Of a stretch of DNA of 64,000 nucleotides, positions 39,501 through 42,500 are shown piece by piece. Each line of letters opens with the position of its first letter. Within the stretch, counting starts at the first letter, position 1. The stretch comes from an uncultured archaeon (GTDB taxonomy: Archaea; Aenigmatarchaeota; Aenigmatarchaeia; CG10238-14; SCSR01). The notes beneath the pieces are model-generated. The model was not told the DNA's origin and did not search any database. It worked only from the letters and a program-made list of their open reading frames with translations. The position numbers and the translations under genes are program-made. Where the stretch lies: positions 54,275-118,274 of the forward strand of contig CAZICS010000001.1 in the NCBI GenBank assembly GCA_964537835.1. Direction: 5' to 3'.

Positions 39501-42500
39501 TTGATTGGGCTCTGTCAGTGCATGTATAGGTGTAAGTAAGGTTTACGGTACATGGTGAGGATTGAGAACAGCTAGAAAGCCAGTTTGTTTGATTTGCTAA
39601 GATCCATGTTGTCGAACCATAGGGTCTATGCCATAAGTAAACTTTTATACTATCTCCCTGTTTATCATAAACTTGGACATTAAAACTTCTCCTCACACCC
39701 CAACTATCAGATTGAGGAACTGCATGAGGACTAATAAAATGAGGTCTTGTATCTTTTCCACACCAAGTATAGTTTATTTTATACGATGCCATTCCACCTC
39801 CATTTCCAGATGATTGGAGATGTATAGTAAATGGAAAATCACTCTCAGTGTAAGTTCCTGATGGTACATCACATGCACCAGGATAAGTTCCTGTATCACA
39901 TGCACTACCTCCACAAGATGTTGCTAATCTATTTGTTCCACCGCTGACACAAGTATAAGCTTCACATTCCTGTCCATTATCAACATTCCTACACCATGGA
40001 TATCTTGTGGTAGAACCATCAGAAAAGCTAACGTAATGGATACCTCCAGTAGCACCACTTTGTGAGCTAATTGATGCCCAGGCATGAATCCATATTTCGT
40101 TTATATAACAATTTATAGTATCTTCTCTACACCTACCCTCAGGAGTGAAGTAATAATCGTTTCCACTACCAGTCGCTGCATGTCCAGATAGTGGTTCTTC
40201 GAACCATAAGCAATATTCATCGCTTGCTGGAGGGTCCGTAAGTAGAAGCCATCTTCTTGCTTCTTCATAAATCCTACTATCGTAAACAATTCTTGCTCTA
40301 ATCTCGTAAAGATAAGGATATTTCACTGGTGTCTTAAAAGTATACTGAACAGAGCTTCCATTAGATAAGTTCCAAGAAATTACTTTGCTATTAGAGGTTT
40401 CGTCTAAAATACCGGACGTATTTAAAATTTCAAAATCTGTTGGCAAAATTTCTTGCAAAGTAAAGTTAGAAATATTCTCGAAGGAAACAACTTTCATGCT
40501 GGAGAAGAAAGGAGGTAGTAATGGGTCTATTCTTATGGGTGTAGCTCTTATGAATTGGAAGCTTATGTTCTTTTCTACAACAAAATTAGAATAAATGTAG
40601 CTGTTTGTGTCCTTTCCTTTAACAACAGCAAATAAGGAGTAATTACCAACTTCCAATGTTTCATTGAAGAAAGCATAATAAGTTCCTACCTTCCCTTCTT
40701 TTATGCTTCCATCTTTTGTTGAAAGGTAGTAATGTTTTCCCGAGGGAGATTCTATAGTTAGTTTTATATCAGCTCCTGAAACTGGCTTTCCTTCATCATC
40801 GACAACAGCAAATAAAAGCTTAACACTTTCACCTGGATAATATCTATCCCTTTCCGAGTTAACAACAATGAGCCCCTGCTTAATTATAATATCTCTTTCA
40901 TGAATACCGTTGGTCAAATGTATCTTGTAGGGACTTAATCTAAAAGATCCTCTTAGATCTAACTTTACTCTGTAAACTCCTGGTTTAATTTCATCTACTT
41001 CTAGGAATTCCAGTGATAATTCTTCTTCCCTCCATTCTAGACATTCATTACTTTTCTTGAGAAAATCTTTGAAAATAGCAAATAAACTAGAGCTTAAAGG
41101 TAGAGGATTTGTTGCATTAAGTTTCTCTGGAGAAAATGCTATTTTTATTCCTCTTTCATCACTTTCTACATAAAATTCTGGATTTGGGACATAACAATTT
41201 AAAACCCATCCGAATTCTTCACTCTCCATCCAAGTGCAAGCGTAGGTTGAAATTACATGAGTTACAGAGGAAAGAGATGGTATGATCCATTCTAAAGTAT
41301 CAGGAATTTCGTCTTCATCCGTATCCAAAAGCGTATAGTTAAGGCTATAGTTAAACAAGCTTACTTCAAGGTCGAAGTCTTCTATTCCTTCTGGGATTTT
41401 AGTCCTTACTCTTATATTCGTATAATGCAAGGGGGCAGAGACATTTACTATTTTCTTCCAACCACTGTCAAAAATTATCTCTTCTTCCTTAATAGGGGCT
41501 GGGGTTGAATAGCTTACGATATATTCCTTGAAGCTTTCTGAAGGGATACGGGTTATGAGGAAGTAAGTTGAATTTAACCTAACTATTGGAGTTTCATTTT
41601 TTTCTATAGTAATATTAAAAGCCAATGGAGTAATGTTGAAGGTAGCGTTATATTCTTCCATATAAGAAGGTGTTGTGACTCTTACTATTTTCCTCCATCT
41701 TACTGGAACACCTACTATGGCTTCATCCTGTATTTCTTCTGTGTTTATTTTCACATCCTCGCAGATAACAAGAATTTTGATTAATTCTTCAAGCTTAGCT
41801 CTATAACCCTGAGCAAGGATCGAAATTTCTCCTAAACCACAAGCTTGAGCTGAAAAATTCAGTTTAACTTCCTTGCTTTCATCGGGAGAAGTAAACTCTA
41901 AAGGAAAGCTCGAATTTTCAAAAACTTGCTCGTCAACCTGAGCATTTAAAAACTCAAAACCTGTATAATTTATTGTAAGATTAATGAATGCTAGCGTACT
42001 CTTTAAAGTAAAATTGACAGAAAATTCTTGACTTAGGTTTAGTTTTTTGGGATAGGATAAGTTTTCTATGAAAATTAGCGGCTTAACTATTTTGAATGAT
42101 TTATTAGGCATAGAAACATTAAAGTTACCAAAAATGTCTCCTGCAAATGTTCTTCTCCACGTATAATTTCCTTCTAGTTGGGATGAAAAAATTGCCACAT
42201 ATTTTTCTCCAATCTTGTTTGTGGTTAGGTTAAATGTTTCGTTCGGTGATTCGACTTCAAACAATACCTGTTTAACTTTTATGTTATCCTCTACTCTTGC
42301 TGAAAGGTTAAGGGTTTCACCTATGTAAAGAAAATCTGTGCTTAATTCCTCATCATAGATTAAAGGAGCTTGCTTATCAGTTACGTTTACCGTTAAATTA
42401 AAAGCAGTAAAATTCTCAATAGAGTCTGCCTTTCCAAGAACTAGATAGGTGCCATTTTCAGCGAATAAAGCTTGAATTTCTAATAAAAAGGTTTTGTTAA

